From the human T2T-CHM13v2.0 reference genome, Homo sapiens: a stretch of DNA of 64,000 bases. Below, piece by piece: positions 1 to 14,218 of the stretch (positions are counted from its first letter, which is position 1; the number at the start of each line of letters is the position of its first letter). The notes beneath the pieces were generated by a model. That model saw nothing but the letters and a program-made list of their open reading frames with translations, searched no databases and had not been told where the DNA came from. The translations under genes and the position numbers were made by a program. The stretch lies in NCBI RefSeq assembly GCF_009914755.1, contig NC_060929.1; one strand, written 5' to 3'.

Positions 1-1140
1 TTAAAAACTTTGTTTTCCTGCCACACAGTAAGCACACAAAGAAAAACAGTAACAGCAAACTTAAAATTTGCCATAGAACAAATGAGAAAGCATGCTAATA
101 GCTTCCACTCAAAGCAACTATTTGTCTGACAAAATAAATTTCCAGGAAATAGCCCATAGTTAAAACAAGAGTACTTTTTATTAGGAAAAGGGGATTTAAA
201 AGACATAAGCATAAAATGAGATTTTACTTTTTTATTTTCTATTTGTTGCTATAATCTGTTATTCCTAAATTTATTTTTCAAATTAGCATTACTCTTTTGT
301 CAAGAGCATGTGCACATTCAGTGGGAAATAAAATTTATTAATATGCTGAAGTCAGTAATAAGGGAAGACACTCACTAAATCTATCATTATTCTATTCCAT
401 TTTCAAAAGAGCCTCTGATTCTGTTAGCAAGAGGGAAGTGACAGCATATTAAGTCACTCCAGTCCTAACGCTCTTTTGCTTTTGTGTGCTGAATGACAAT
501 TGTTATGTTATATTCATTTTCTTATTGCCTGAGAGGAAGGCCGTTTGTATTCCTGTTTTCCTAATGTAAAGCCTGCGAACCAGACTGACGACAAGAGGCA
601 GGCTAATGAGAACAGAAAGACTGGTAAATGCCCTGTTGAAACCAAACAGGTCTGATAGTATCCAGTTACCACATCACTACATCAGTTTGTTTAATTCCTG
701 TGATTTGCACAGCAAATTGAGTTAGAATGAAAAATATCCTTAGCTTACTGGGGCCACTGGCAGAGGTAAAATGAAATCAAAACCTTTTCTTTCTTGTGCT
801 ATTTTTGATTTATGAAATCCTAGTACACTTCCCAGGCTGAACTTCTACAGAGTATTCAGAGAAGTATAGCACAACTAACAAACACAGGATTGGGGGACTA
901 ACAGACCAACTCCATCTATGACCCTGGCATCAAGTGGCTATGTGACTGCAGATTAATCACTGCACTTCTCTAAGGCTCCATTTCTCCATTGGTATTCAAA
1001 AGAGGATAAACTAGATGATTAAACTATCCCAGCATTCTAGAGTGTCATAAATGTATGAGATCACTGAGTTTGTGCTCTGTTTTGATTTCAGAATACTTTC
1101 TTCCTCTCAAAGTTATACATCAAATACTAAATTGGGATAC

Positions 1141-1270
1141 GGAAGGAATTCCTTTCCAGCCTTTTCCTAAACACATTCATAAGACCCTTAAAATAATTCT
1201 TTCTGAAATATGGAAAGAATTCCTTTCTGGCCTTATGCTAAACACATTCATAAGACCCTTAAAATAATTC
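1141..1270 (+). repeat. Two-copy tandem duplication, period 71 bp
   Basis: 1141-1199 vs 1212-1270, 54/59 identical (shared ctaaacacattcataagacccttaaaataattc). Confidence 0.9.
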
Positions 1271-2483
1271 GAAGATCAGATAGTTGTAGGTGTGTGGTCT
1301 TATTTCTGGGTTCTCTATTCTGATCTGTTGGCCCATGTGTCTGTTTTTTACCAGTACCATGCTGTTTTGGTTACTGTAGCCCTGTAGTATACTTTGAAGT
1401 CTCTTAGGCTGATGCCTCCACCTTTGTTCTTAAGCAATTACAATAGAAGCAAAAATTGACAAATGGGATCTATTAAACTAAAGAGCTCCTGTACAGCAAA
1501 AGAAACTATCAACAGAGTAAACAGACAATCTACAGAATGGGAGAAAACTTTTGCAAACTATGCATCTGACAAAGCTCTAATATCCAACATCTCTAAGGAA
1601 GTTAAATTTATACAAAAAACAAAAAACAAAAAACAAACAACCATATAAAAAAGTGAGCAAAGGACATGAACAGACACTTTTCAAAAAAAGACATACACGC
1701 GGTCAACAATCACATGAAAAAAAGCTCAATATCACTGATCATTAGAGAAATGCAAATCAAAACCACAATGAGATACCATTTCACATCTGTCAGAGTGGCT
1801 ATTATTAAAAAGTAAAAAAATAACAGATGCTGATGAGGTTGTGGAGAAAAAGGAATGCTTATATACTGCTGGTGGGAGAGTATATTAGTTCAGCCATTGT
1901 GAAAGACAGTGTGGTGATTCCTCAAGACCTAAAGACAGAAATACTATTTGACCAAGCAGTCCCATTACTGGGTATATACCCAAAGGAATATAAATTATTC
2001 TGTTATAAAGACACATGTACGCATATGTTCATTGTGGCACTATTCACAATAGCAAAGACATGGAATCAACCTAAATGCCCATCAATGATAAATTGGATAA
2101 AGAAAATGTGGTAATATACACTATGGAATACTATGAAGCCATAAAAAAGAATGAGATCATGTCCTTTGCAGGAACATGGTTGGAGCTGGAGGCCATTATC
2201 CTTAGCAAACTAACACAGGAACAGAAAACCAAATACCACATGTTCTCACTTATAAGTGGGAGCTAAATGATGAGAACACATGGACACATGGAGGGGAACA
2301 CCACACACTGGGGCCTAACAGAGGGTGGAGTGTGGGAGGAGGGAGAGGATCAGGAAAAATAACTAATGGGCACTAGGCTTAATACCTGGGTGATGAAATA
2401 ATCTGTACCAGAAACCCCTATGACACAAGTTTACCTATGTAGCAAACCTGCACTTGTACCCTGAACTTAAAAGTTAAAAAAAA
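1271..2483 (+). mobile_element. 5'-truncated, 5'-inverted L1 (older L1PA, ~L1PA11-13-like); 1271-1431 inverted, 1432-2483 sense
   Basis: ORF2 C-terminal peptide remnants ([12 protein letters not shown]), L1 3'UTR and A tail; preceding 160 bp is antisense ORF2 sequence. Confidence 0.88.
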
Positions 2484-3760
2484 TTTATTCCAAAAATTCT
2501 AAGCAGAACAGCATCAAAATTCATGGGTCTGCCTGTCCTTCTCCCCACCCCACTTTCCCTTCATTGAGCACTTACTATGTTCCAAGCTCTGTATCTCTAC
2601 CCTAAGTGGTTTGCAATCTAGCTGAGGCAGGAGAATTCACATAAATGAATAGAAGAAATAAAGATTATATGCCATAGTTGTCTACAATCTAGTGAGGACA
2701 CAAAGGAGGAGACAGTCAACTTCACCTGAAGAAGTCAAGAAAAGCTTAAATAAAGGAGTCAAAGCTTGAGCTGAATCTTAATGAGTAAATGCTCATGTGG
2801 CTGGCAAAATAGTGTGGGGGGACATTTGAAGTGGAGGTAATGGCATGCACAGAGACTGTGAACCCACATGGCTTGTCTGGGAACAGTAAGTTGGTCAGAA
2901 TGCTAGAGCAGGGGGTAGGGGTAGACAGAGAAAGATGGGTGGACGCCATCATGGAGAACCTTGTGGTCTGGACATTGGTGGTCTTGGGGTCACTTCTTAT
3001 ATGCTCCTAAAGGCTTCTATTTAATTGCCACTCCTCCAACCACTTCTTCTTGAGAATCTCTTAATCTGAAATGCTCAGGGGTGTCAAGAGAGTGTGATGG
3101 TTTAGACATAGAAAAAATTATATCAACAGTAAAATAAATGTAGGGATACTCAGTGTATGATTCATCTTTCTGCTACTCAATTTTTGCCTTCATAGGATAG
3201 AAGCTCTCCTATAACATACAATTCTAGGTTTTGACTTTTGCACACTGGACTTTAGTAAATGTTTCTGGGAACATGCTGTGTATGAAAGTATGGTTTGTCT
3301 GTATTTAGCAAAACAAAGGCTATTCTCCCATTTCATTCATTTGTAAAAATTCAGGTCCATAAAATGCAGTACTGCCATAGACAATCTGTAAAATTCAATA
3401 AACATGGAGACAAGAACTAGAATAAGACAGAAGGACTAGTTAGCAAATACATGAAATCCAAGGCCATAAGGAAAGGCTGTCACTTTCTGTTACTTTCCAG
3501 CAAATAACTTAGATGATAAAGTTACCGCTAAAATAAAAAGGCAACGTTGCCTATGTGGGAAGACAGATTATTACAAAAAAAAAGTAAAAATCTTTCTGAT
3601 TCACTTCAGAAATAAATCAAGATCTGCTAGACTTAGCTATGAAAAGGGCAATGTTCATTCTAACTGAAGTAATAAAGGGGTTGTCAAATCAGCAGTTGCC
3701 AAAACTTCAGAAGAAACAGACAAAATATCAGTGAGGAAGTGTGTGGAGCTGTGCAGATGA

Positions 3761-4156
<396 letters not shown>

Positions 4157-5080
4157 TCCCCCATACAAATTTTAACATTCTGAAACCGGCATGTGTCCTA
4201 CAACTGATATACGTATTAATTGTGTAGTGTTTCATTTCTTTCTGAAAAGCTGTAATTAAAATGACATAATCCCCCAGGTGACGGTTTCTTAGAATTGAGA
4301 CTATTCAATATTAGTTTTGTGATCAAGTATATATTGGTGATTTAAATACTCTAAGCCCTAGTTTCCTTAGTGGAAATTATAAAGTCCTGTATTATGGTAA
4401 AAATAAAATTGTTTATCCAAAGCTTCCATGCAATGTCAGACACGTGGCAGTACTACCACCCACAGTAGGTCAAGTCCTCCAGAGTTCAGGAACACTTTGA
4501 GCACCCTGACTGTGTAGTACTGGGGAGTGAACACCTTCTCAGGCCAGTTTCTCCATTGGCAGGGCTTACTTCACTAACCTGTCCACAGGCCTCTTGCCCT
4601 AAGTCCAGGAAACAAGAGATTAGTCAATGTCCAATAGCCAGCCCTAACTTTACCTAGAGCTCGACGTTTGTCCAGGGCCTTGTTTAGTCTTTTATCATGA
4701 ACAGAGTTCATTGCACACATTTTCTCTTTTGATCCTTATAACAACCTCTACAAAGTAAGTAGAGGCAATATCATCCACTTCATTTCAGGGGTGAGAAAAC
4801 TAAAGCTCCTAAGTAGTTAGATGAATGGCCAGTGTCACATACTGATTAATGACAGAGTAGGTTATCATGCCAGATACATCTGATTCCAAGTCAGACCCCT
4901 CTGGGATTCAATACTGCATAATTGCATTTTTCCAAGACTGCCTCTGGGAGAAACCTGAGGATGACAACCTTGATTTTGTTTCAGACAGATTAATGCACGA
5001 AGAGGAGGAAAGCCACTGTGATAAACTACTTGCAGACACTGGAAAGGTAGAGATCTGAATGTCTCAGTCCTCTGTCATGT

Positions 5081-5619
5081 TGTAAGGAACATGGCTGTGC
5101 TTTGGTGAAGGATAGGCCGAGGTAGGATGTTTACATCCTGTGTGACTCAGCAAGTTTAGAGTGCAGGTGTGTAACTCCACTTGTTATCACAGTCATGGAG
5201 CCATAACGTGGGAAGGCCATCACTTGGCTCTAAGCCACTGTTGTCTGTAAAAGGTATAACTGCCCTGTTTGACACAGTGTGGTCACACTGCACCAAGAGA
5301 AAGAGAGAGAGCCAAAGTTGTCCATCTGCAAAGATGGACAGAGGGGAGCCAGGACACAGCTCGGCTCACTCATGCCCAGAGAGAAAGAAAGAGTTAACCT
5401 GCTGACCCTGAAAGCAAGGGAAAGCCAGCCATGCAGCTGTGTGTGGGAGCCGGACTAAGCAGCCCAGATGGGGCGGACAGTGTGAAAAAGCTGCTGATGA
5501 GAGTTGCTGCTGAATAAAATAATCTTTCACCAGCCTGTGGCCCCCGAGTGTTCTTTCTGCTCATCCACCCACTCCCTTCAGACTGCAACATGACCTTTGG
5601 TGTAGTCATGAACCTGACA
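5081..5619 (+). mobile_element. Solo ERV LTR, probably LTR18 family (ERVL)
   Basis: TGTAAGG...TGACA termini; 5-bp TSD catgt/tatgt; AATAAA 5513-5518; family assigned from recalled consensus. Confidence 0.75.
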
Positions 5620-6123
5620 TATGTATATGAGAAAATGTTCACAGCAGTTCTATCAGGCTTCATCAAGAAGAATGGTATGAGAGAAATAAGCCAGTAAAAC
5701 AATTGCAATCCAGACAGCAATCACAGTGGTAGAAGTTCCTGGTGAGTAACCTGGATGCCTCAGGTATGATACCTGTGGGTTCAGGTGAGGCTGCAACATA
5801 CCCTGTCATCCTATGAGAATTAAAGTGTTTCTGGATCTGGAGGAGAGATTGCTGGAATAATGTAGAAAATTCCAGGTAAAATTAGAATTTTTCTTTCTGA
5901 GAAAGTATCTGTGAAAAGGCAAATGATCAGTTCGGCAGAATCTAAACTCTCTGGATATTTAAAGGCAAAACCAGGGATCCTCTTTCCTGCTCTGGATTTT
6001 GAAGGTCTGCCACAAAGAGAGCATAAAAGGCCTATCAGAATTAGCGAAGCTCAGAGGGAAGGCCTTCAAATCTTTCTTAGCACATGATTTGGACTTTAGA
6101 CATCCATATGAAAAAGGGGTCTC

Positions 6124-6253
6124 CAACTACTTGAAGCTAAGGCAGGAGTATTGTTTGAGCCCAGGAGGTTGAGGCTGGAGTGAGCTGTGAGTGGGCCACT
6201 GCACTCCAGCTTAGGTGACAAAGTGAGACCCCATCTCAAAAAAAAATTAATTA
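6124..6253 (+). mobile_element. 5'-truncated Alu (right arm, AluJ-like)
   Basis: Alu right-arm sequence; 14-bp TSD gaaaaaggggtctc at 6110-6123 and 6254-6267. Confidence 0.88.
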
Positions 6254-6317
6254 GAAAAAGGGGTCTCAATAATCAAGATTTAAGTTAATATCTCTAGGAA
6301 AGACAAGCCATGTATGC

Positions 6318-6837
6318 CAGGGATCCCCAATCCCCCAGTCTGTTATATCTCAGCCTGTTAGGAACCAGGCTGCACAGCAGGAGGTGAGCATCGGGCGAGC
6401 AAGCAAAGCTTTATCTGTATTTACAGCTGCTCCCCATTGCTCACATTACTGCCTGAGCTCGACCTCCTGTCAGATCAGCAGCAGCATTAGATTCTCATAG
6501 GGATGCAAAGCCTATTGTGAACTGTGCATGCAAGGGATATAGGTTGCACACTTCTTATGAAAATCTAGTGCCTGATGATCTGTCACTGTCTCCCATCACC
6601 CCTAGATAGGACCATCTAGTTGCAGGAAAACAAGCTCAGGGCTCCCACTGATTCTACATTTTGGTGAGTTTTATAATTATTTCATTATATATGACAATGT
6701 AATAATAATAGAAATAAAGTGCACAATAAATGTAATGTGCTTGAATCATCCCAAAACCATTCCCCCAGTCCGTGGAAAAAGAATTTTGTAGAGATCACAA
6801 AACTGGTCTCTAGTGACAAAAAGGTTAGGGACTGCTG
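6318..6837. mobile_element. MER1A-like hAT-Charlie DNA transposon
   Basis: CAG...CTG termini with imperfect TIRs; perfect 8-bp TSD atgtatgc at 6310-6317 and 6838-6845. Confidence 0.88.
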
Positions 6838-8206
6838 ATGTATGCAATACCCATAATAGTGGTCAGAAAAAACAAAAATCAGGGCAACTGACCATCAGTA
6901 GTTAAATAGCATCTTTGATATAAGGTTTATCTATTATCTAATAAAAGAGACACTTTCTTTACTGGTAGGAATACAGTAATTTTGAGGATTATATTTTAGA
7001 TATAGTAGTTACCTCATTCTAGCTGAATTTGATGATGTGTCAGAAACAACTCCTACAAAACCACTCAGGGCACTACAGAGATTAATCAATATATCTGCAA
7101 CCCTAAAGGCCATGAAAGAGAGAGAGAGAGGGGCATGAGAGACCCTATAGGCCAGGCAAGGAGTCAAGCCAGGCTTTCCTTAGGAGGCCGGACCCCAGAG
7201 ATGAGCTTGCTAATCTTTCATCCAGAGTTTGCACTGGCTAGACTCCCTCAGGCTGGAGCTGACCTTTTCAAAACACAAGCTATTTCACACATCTTTCCTT
7301 TTCATGAGTCATGTAATTTCCAATGAAATGATTATTCCCAGTGACAGGAAAGTGGAACTTTAGGACTTGGTCAACATTTGGCAAGCTCAGGGATATGAGA
7401 TGTTTCTTGAGATTTCTCTGGATATGGAAGAGAAGTTGTAGCCAAACTTTCAGTCCTTTTCAGATCCTGAGTTTGTTATGAGTTGGAAGAGAAATAAAAA
7501 AGACCAGTATCGATTCTTGAAAGAAAAATTATATAGAAAGAGAAAGAAGGTGGTAATTTTCTCAAGGAGTAGCCTCACAACCCCTCTCTTCCAAAGACCA
7601 GAGCCTTGCTTTGGGAAAGGGTCCGAAAGACCGACCATCAGACAGTAGCCTCCCATGTTCCTGTCTGATGGTAAGTCTGCCAGGAGAACCAGAGACAGAA
7701 ATGCCCATTGCAACACCTCTGGGTCCTGTCTGTCTGGGGACATGAGCTCTTCACTAGATGAAGAAACAAATGTCTAGAGGTGACATCAGCTTCCCTAAAC
7801 CTCTTGGGTAGCTCTTTCTTTTCCTTTCTCCTGTGTCTCAGCTATCAAGAGGAACCAGCTCCCTGGAGAGAAGACAGGGGCCTACCAGGCTTCCTAGGGT
7901 TGATCATGTATGGCAAACAGGTATATGCACAGCTCACACCTCTGTACTCTCTACCTGCCAACTGGCCCTCAATCTCACCACTGACCAGTGCCTTATAGCC
8001 CTGAATTATCCCCCAAGAACTGGTTAAGCCCTAGTCCAGCGTGACAAGCAGATTAGGCCTAGTTAGTGTCTCAAAGCACCAAGGCTAACTAATCTGAAAA
8101 CCTGATACGTTCTTTTCACAAGGAACTATGGAGACAGCACAGCAAAATGAGTAATCACAGTAAGATTAGCAAAGATGGTAAAATTGCACTTTAAAAAGAT
8201 CAGTAT

Positions 8207-8512
8207 GGCTGGGTGTGGTGGCTTACGCCTGCAATCTCAGCACTTTGGAAGGCCAAGGCAGGCGGACCACTTGAGGTCAGGAGTTCGAGACCAGCCTGGC
8301 CAACATGGTGAAACCCCATCTCTACTAAAAATACAAAAATCAGCCTGGTATGGTGGTGCATGCCTGTAATCCCAGCTACCCGGAGGTTAAGGCACGAGAA
8401 TCGCTTGAACCCGGGAGGCAGAGGTTGCAGTGGGCCAACATCACGCCATTGCATTTCAGCCTGGGTGACAAAGTGAGACTCCATCTCAAAAAAATAAAAA
8501 TAAAAATAAATA
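8207..8512 (+). mobile_element. AluS
   Basis: Full dimer, A tail, TSD aagatcagt. Confidence 0.92.
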
Positions 8513-8920
8513 AGAAGATCAGTGCAGGGAGTACGCTTTTAAAGAACAAATTATTCTTTATATCTCAGCTTTTGTTTCATTTTGGGTCTGGAAGATTAAG
8601 CCATATATTCGCTTTGTAAAGCACAGGTGATTCATGATTTAATTATATCCGTGATAATATAGGATTATTCATTAAAATGCTAAATTGAAGTAATATAGAA
8701 ATAGCATTGCATGCTGGAGAAGCAATTAATAACCCAAACTTAACTTTTCTGGTTTATCTTGTAAGAGAAAGGACAGGTGGGTTACCACATGTGGGTTAAT
8801 AAAAACTCTGTACTTCTAAGACTTTTGTGTAACTTGAAGTTGGCCTATGGTAATGCCCATGATTTGCTCATCCCTGATTTTATAAGAGGTAAAAGGGCAG
8901 CAGAAAGGTAGAAAAAAAAA

Positions 8921-9545
8921 CACTGTTGGTGGGACTGCAAACTAGTTCAGCCATTGTGGAAGTCAGTGTGGCGATTCCTCAGGGATCTAGAACTAGAAAT
9001 ACCGTTTGACCCAGCCATCCCATTACTGGGCATATACCCAAAGGAATATAAATCATGCTGCTATAAAGACACATGCACACGTATGTTTATTGCGGCACTA
9101 CTCACAAAGCAAAGACTTGGAACCAACCCAAATGTCCAGCAATGATAGACTGGATTAAGAAAATGTGGCACATATACACCATGGAATACTATGCAGCCAT
9201 AAAAAATGATAAGTGCATGTCCTTTGTAGGGACATGGATGAAGCTGGAAACCATTATTATCAGCAAACTATCACAAGGAAAAAAACCAAACACCGCATGT
9301 TCTCACTCATAGGTGGGAATTAAACAATGAGAACACATGGACACAGGAAGGGGAACATCACACACCGGGGCCTGTTGTGGGGTGGGGGGAGGGGGGAGGG
9401 ATAGCATTAGGAGATATACCTAATGTAAATGACGAGTTAATGGGTGCAGCACACCAACATGACACATGTATACATATGTAACAAACCTGAACGTTGTGCA
9501 CATGTACCCTAGAACTTTAATTAAGAAAAAGAAAAAAAAAAAAAA
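8921..9545 (+). mobile_element. 5'-truncated L1PA (L1PA4/5-like) 3' end
   Basis: ORF2 C-terminus ([17 protein letters not shown]), G-rich 3'UTR, poly(A). Confidence 0.92.
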
Positions 9546-9634
9546 CGACTTTAGCAAGTGTTTATATAAGATTCCCTTTCCAACCCATCCCCACCTTCTC
9601 TACCTCCAAGACTCTGCCAAGCCTGATAAGTTAC

Positions 9635-9787
9635 CTTGCTCCAGTTTCCCACTTTCCAGCCAGCACAGGGACGGAGGTGGCATCTTTTTGCAGGGTCAGG
9701 TCTCTGGATGGCCGCACAGTCAGAATCCATCTGGGTGCTGCACTCCACCCTTCTCCAGTAGGCCCCCAGGCCACATGTGGTGGAGCA
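9635..9787 (-). CDS. ADAMTS12: ADAMTS12 coding exon (153 bp; TSR): [51 protein letters not shown]
   Basis: Inside ORF 9551..9841(-); acceptor cttccctgctacag|TGC, donor AAG|gtaact; phase 0 to 0. Confidence 0.96.
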
Positions 9788-9865
9788 CTGTAGCAGGGAA
9801 GGAGAGAGATGACAGAGGCTGAGTGTCACCTTCTCACACATGCCCCATCACTGGGATCCTGGAGT

Positions 9866-10041
9866 CAGTTCTCAGTCCCGTTTGCTAACATTGCCCACAG
9901 AGCTTTTTAAAAATTACCAACACTTGGGGCACCCCACTCACACAAATTAATCTGAATCTCTTGGGGTAGGACCCGGGGATGCTCAGTATTAAAAATAATT
10001 CCCCAGCTTATTTTAAAAAATAGTCACGGTTGAGAAACCTT
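9866..10041. mobile_element. MER5A-like DNA transposon relic
   Basis: ttctca...tctgaatctcttggggtaggacc...ggttgagaaacc pattern. Confidence 0.55.
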
Positions 10042-10108
10042 GATTTGCATGTAGAAGGAAAATTCAATGCAAATGGAAATTTGCTTCCCTTTAAAACTTA
10101 TCCTGGCA

Positions 10109-10406
10109 GGCCAGGGGCAGTGGCTCATGCCTTTAATCCCAACACTATGGGAGGCTGAGGCAGGAGGATCCTTTGAGCCCAGGAGTTTGAGATCACCTGG
10201 GCAACATAGGGAGAACCCATCTCTAAAGAAATTTAAAAATTAGCCAGGTGTGGTGGTGTATACTTGCATTCCCAGCTACTTAGGAGGCTGAGTTGCTAGG
10301 ACTGCTTGAACCTGGGAATTTGAAGCTGAAGTGAGCTATGATTGCACCACTGCACTCCAGCCTAGGTGCCAGGGTGAGATCCTGTCTCAAAAGAAAACAA
10401 CATTAA
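10109..10406 (+). mobile_element. AluJ
   Basis: Full dimer; TSD ttatcctggca/ttatcttggca. Confidence 0.9.
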
Positions 10407-10667
10407 TTATCTTGGCATGATTGCCCAGGGGGCTGCAGGCAAGCTGCCACATTTCCTACCAATGCTGTTCAGAGTGGATGTCAGGTCCAGGTGTCTGCCC
10501 CTTGCCTCTCCTCCCTAACACTGAATGATACTATCTCACCTATTTCTCTCCATGACAAACCTGAGTTGTAGTCTGGTATCATTATGGTGTAGATGAAGAA
10601 ACAGGCTTTGAGAGCTGACCTGCCCAAAGGGTTTTCTGTCTCTAAAACCCAGGAAAATATTTGTTAC

Positions 10668-10825
10668 AGTAGTGCTCCTCAAACTTTAGGGACCATATGA
10701 ATCACCTGGGGACCTTGCTAAATGCAGATTCTGATTCAGTAGGTCTGGGGAGGGGAGGCGATTGTGCCTTTTAGCAAGCTCCCAGGTGCTGCTGATGCTG
10801 TTGGTCCTCAGATCACACTCGGAGT
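10668..10825. mobile_element. MER5A-like relic
   Basis: gaatcacctggggaccttgctaaatgcagattctgattcagtaggtctgggg. Confidence 0.65.
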
Positions 10826-11242
10826 TAGAAAGATGTTACAGCATGATGCTTTTCATCCCTCAATCCACTGGTGGTGAAGAACTCAGTCGCCTTTGCCACA
10901 CATACAGCTCATTCCCCTCAAAGTGTTTTTGTTTGTTTATAATTCTTAAATATCTCAGGTTTAGCGGGGGGTCACTTTGAAAACCATGAAAATGTCCATC
11001 ACAAAATTTGTTCCCTTTTGTGTGCCTGATTCTTTCCTGTAACTGATTTTTCTTGCATCCCCTCTCCCCTGCTCATCCTCACTAAAAGGGGCTGTTTCTG
11101 GATGAGCAAAACAAAGTGCTGAACTAAAAAAAAAAGACAGGGTGGAAGTTCCATCTATGACATGCTTGAAGGTTTCTTTTGATAGGCTGTACATAAAGAC
11201 CAGACTTAAGTTTCTCTTGCTGTAACTTCACTCTCCATATAA

Positions 11243-11552
<310 letters not shown>

Positions 11553-11839
11553 TAATTTTATGTTTCATTTTGTGCACGTTCTTGTGTTACAACACATATA
11601 TAACATAATAGAGTTCTTAGGTAGATAATCTGTAGATCACAGAAAGAGAAAAGTAGAAATTATTTTCTACTACATCATCTTTTCCAAGTGAGTCATTTAT
11701 AGAGGTAATATATTCTCCTCCTTATAATTCTTTAGGATTTGTTTCTTTTGTTAAGTTTCTACCACTTTCTTCTTTGTATCATATTATGTATCTAGGTAAT
11801 AGAGATAACAGCTGAAGTACTATAGATTGATAGCACTAA

Positions 11840-12100
11840 TGGCCTGCATCGTTCATACTTCCTTAAACCCATGCTCTTTGCAAGGGGACTTTGCAGCTTC
11901 TGTCATCCAGAGGTGGAATTTATTTCTCCAGCTCTTGAATCAGGGCTGTCCTTGTGACTTGTCTTGGCCAACAGAATGCAGTGGATGATGCTGTTCCAGT
12001 TCTCAAGAGTTGGTGCTTTCCATTCTTGCTCTTGGACCCCTGCCTCTGCTATGAAACTAAACCTGGGCTGGCCTGCTGGAGGATGAGGGCTCATTACACC
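11840..12100 (+). mobile_element. MLT1-type MaLR LTR fragment
   Basis: cttgaatcagggctgtccttgtgacttgtcttggccaacagaatg motif typical of MLT1. Confidence 0.6.
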
Positions 12101-12399
12101 TAGTGACCCTGTGGCGACTGACTAACCAAGTCAAAGGTCAGCATCCAGGTGTTCAGAACCAGAACTGATGCTGGGGTTCACATCAGCACCATATGAACAC
12201 TGCTCTGAAATGCTGTGGAAAATTATGCTGTCACTTCTATTTTACACGACCACACAGTTTACAGTTAACTGACTGGCCCAAGGGATCTGACTGAATGATG
12301 AGGCAAGTCAATGAGAGGTGAGTCTCTATCAAAATAAAAGCCATACCCATGCACACTGCATAGCACTGAAGTTCTCTGTTTTGTAAATATGGATCAGAG

Positions 12400-12610
12400 C
12401 AAACACTTACTGAGTACTTCCTATGTGCCCGACACTCTTCTGAGTACCTTACATATAGTTATTCCTTTTATCTCCTAAGTCATATAAGTTGGGCATTATC
12501 ATCATCCTCATTTCATAGATGAGGGAAATGAGGTAGAGTGAGGACATACAGCTGGTAATTTACTGAGTCAGGACTAAACCCCAGAAAGTCTGGCTTCAAG
12601 GTTTACACCT
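12400..12610. mobile_element. MIR
   Basis: MIR core (atcctcatttcatagatgagggaaatgagg). Confidence 0.65.
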
Positions 12611-13734
12611 ACTTACAGTGTTAGCTCAGCTTTTACATCAATTACTTAATATTTGAAAACACAATTAAAGGAATGTGCTGTGTCCAGTGGGGCTGTGGAC
12701 AGCCTCCCACAGGCCAGAAGGCAGGAGGACATTGCAAGAGCGATTTCAGATCACACCCAAGGAACTTTAGAAATCACTTCCTGTTTTAGGGATCAGGAAA
12801 AGCTTTGTGCAAGATCAGACTCAAAGCTTGATCCTGAACAGATAGGATTTAAAAGGGCAGAGGAGAAGGGGAAGGAAATTCCAGGGAGAGGAACCAGCAT
12901 GAATAGAGACACCAAACTGGGACAGGCAGGAGGTTTAAAGCAACTGAGCTGTTGAAGCTTAGCATGGATGAAGAAAAGTAGGAGGCAGTATGTTTTGAAA
13001 GCTTGATTATGTAAGCCTAGGAAGGCTGTTGGATATTGGGTTGCAGTAGATTTTATCTGAATAAGTGTGAAATGAGGAGATATCAAAGACTTATGAGCAG
13101 GAGTTTGGAATGATTAGAATAGCTTTTTGGAGGATGAATTTGGCAGTCTCATGTCTTGTGCAACAGTGTGTGGAAAAGATAGGAGAAGGGAGAGGCTGGA
13201 GGTATGTAGACCAGCAAGGATGCAAGGGCAGGTGTTCTAAGCAGGAGTGGTAACCCAGGTCCTTCACTCTCATCTATTGGGCACCATTGGCATTTGGGAC
13301 TCAACAATTCTTCCTTATAAGGGACTTTCCTGAATGTCATGGGACTTTTATCATTCATGCCTCTCAGACATTCAATGCTAGTTGCCGCCCCTTCCCCACA
13401 TTGTTGTAACAAACAAAAGCATCCTCCTTCATCTGTAAATTCCTCCTACCATCAGATTAGAAACCACTGGGTCTTAGACTAACAGAGGACATAAAGAGGA
13501 GAGGACAGGAATGATGAGGTGATACTGACTTGAAAAACTATTACAATTTTTTTCTTTTTTGTAGGACAGAGGCAAATTGATATCAATGGTGATTCTACGG
13601 GCTCTAAGTTGTGGTGATTGGGAGATAAGTGACTCATTATGGAGAGAGGCAATCCCAAATAAATAGCTTCAGGAATAGGCAGAAATAAAAATCAGGGACA
13701 GTGAGGAACTCAAAACTCAGAGTTTTCATTCTGA

Positions 13735-14218
<484 letters not shown>

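Noticed and set aside
9466-9822. 118-aa plus-strand ORF spanning the L1 tail and exon
   Set aside because: Chimera of L1 3'UTR, poly(A)-derived lysines and antisense exon; no coding features.
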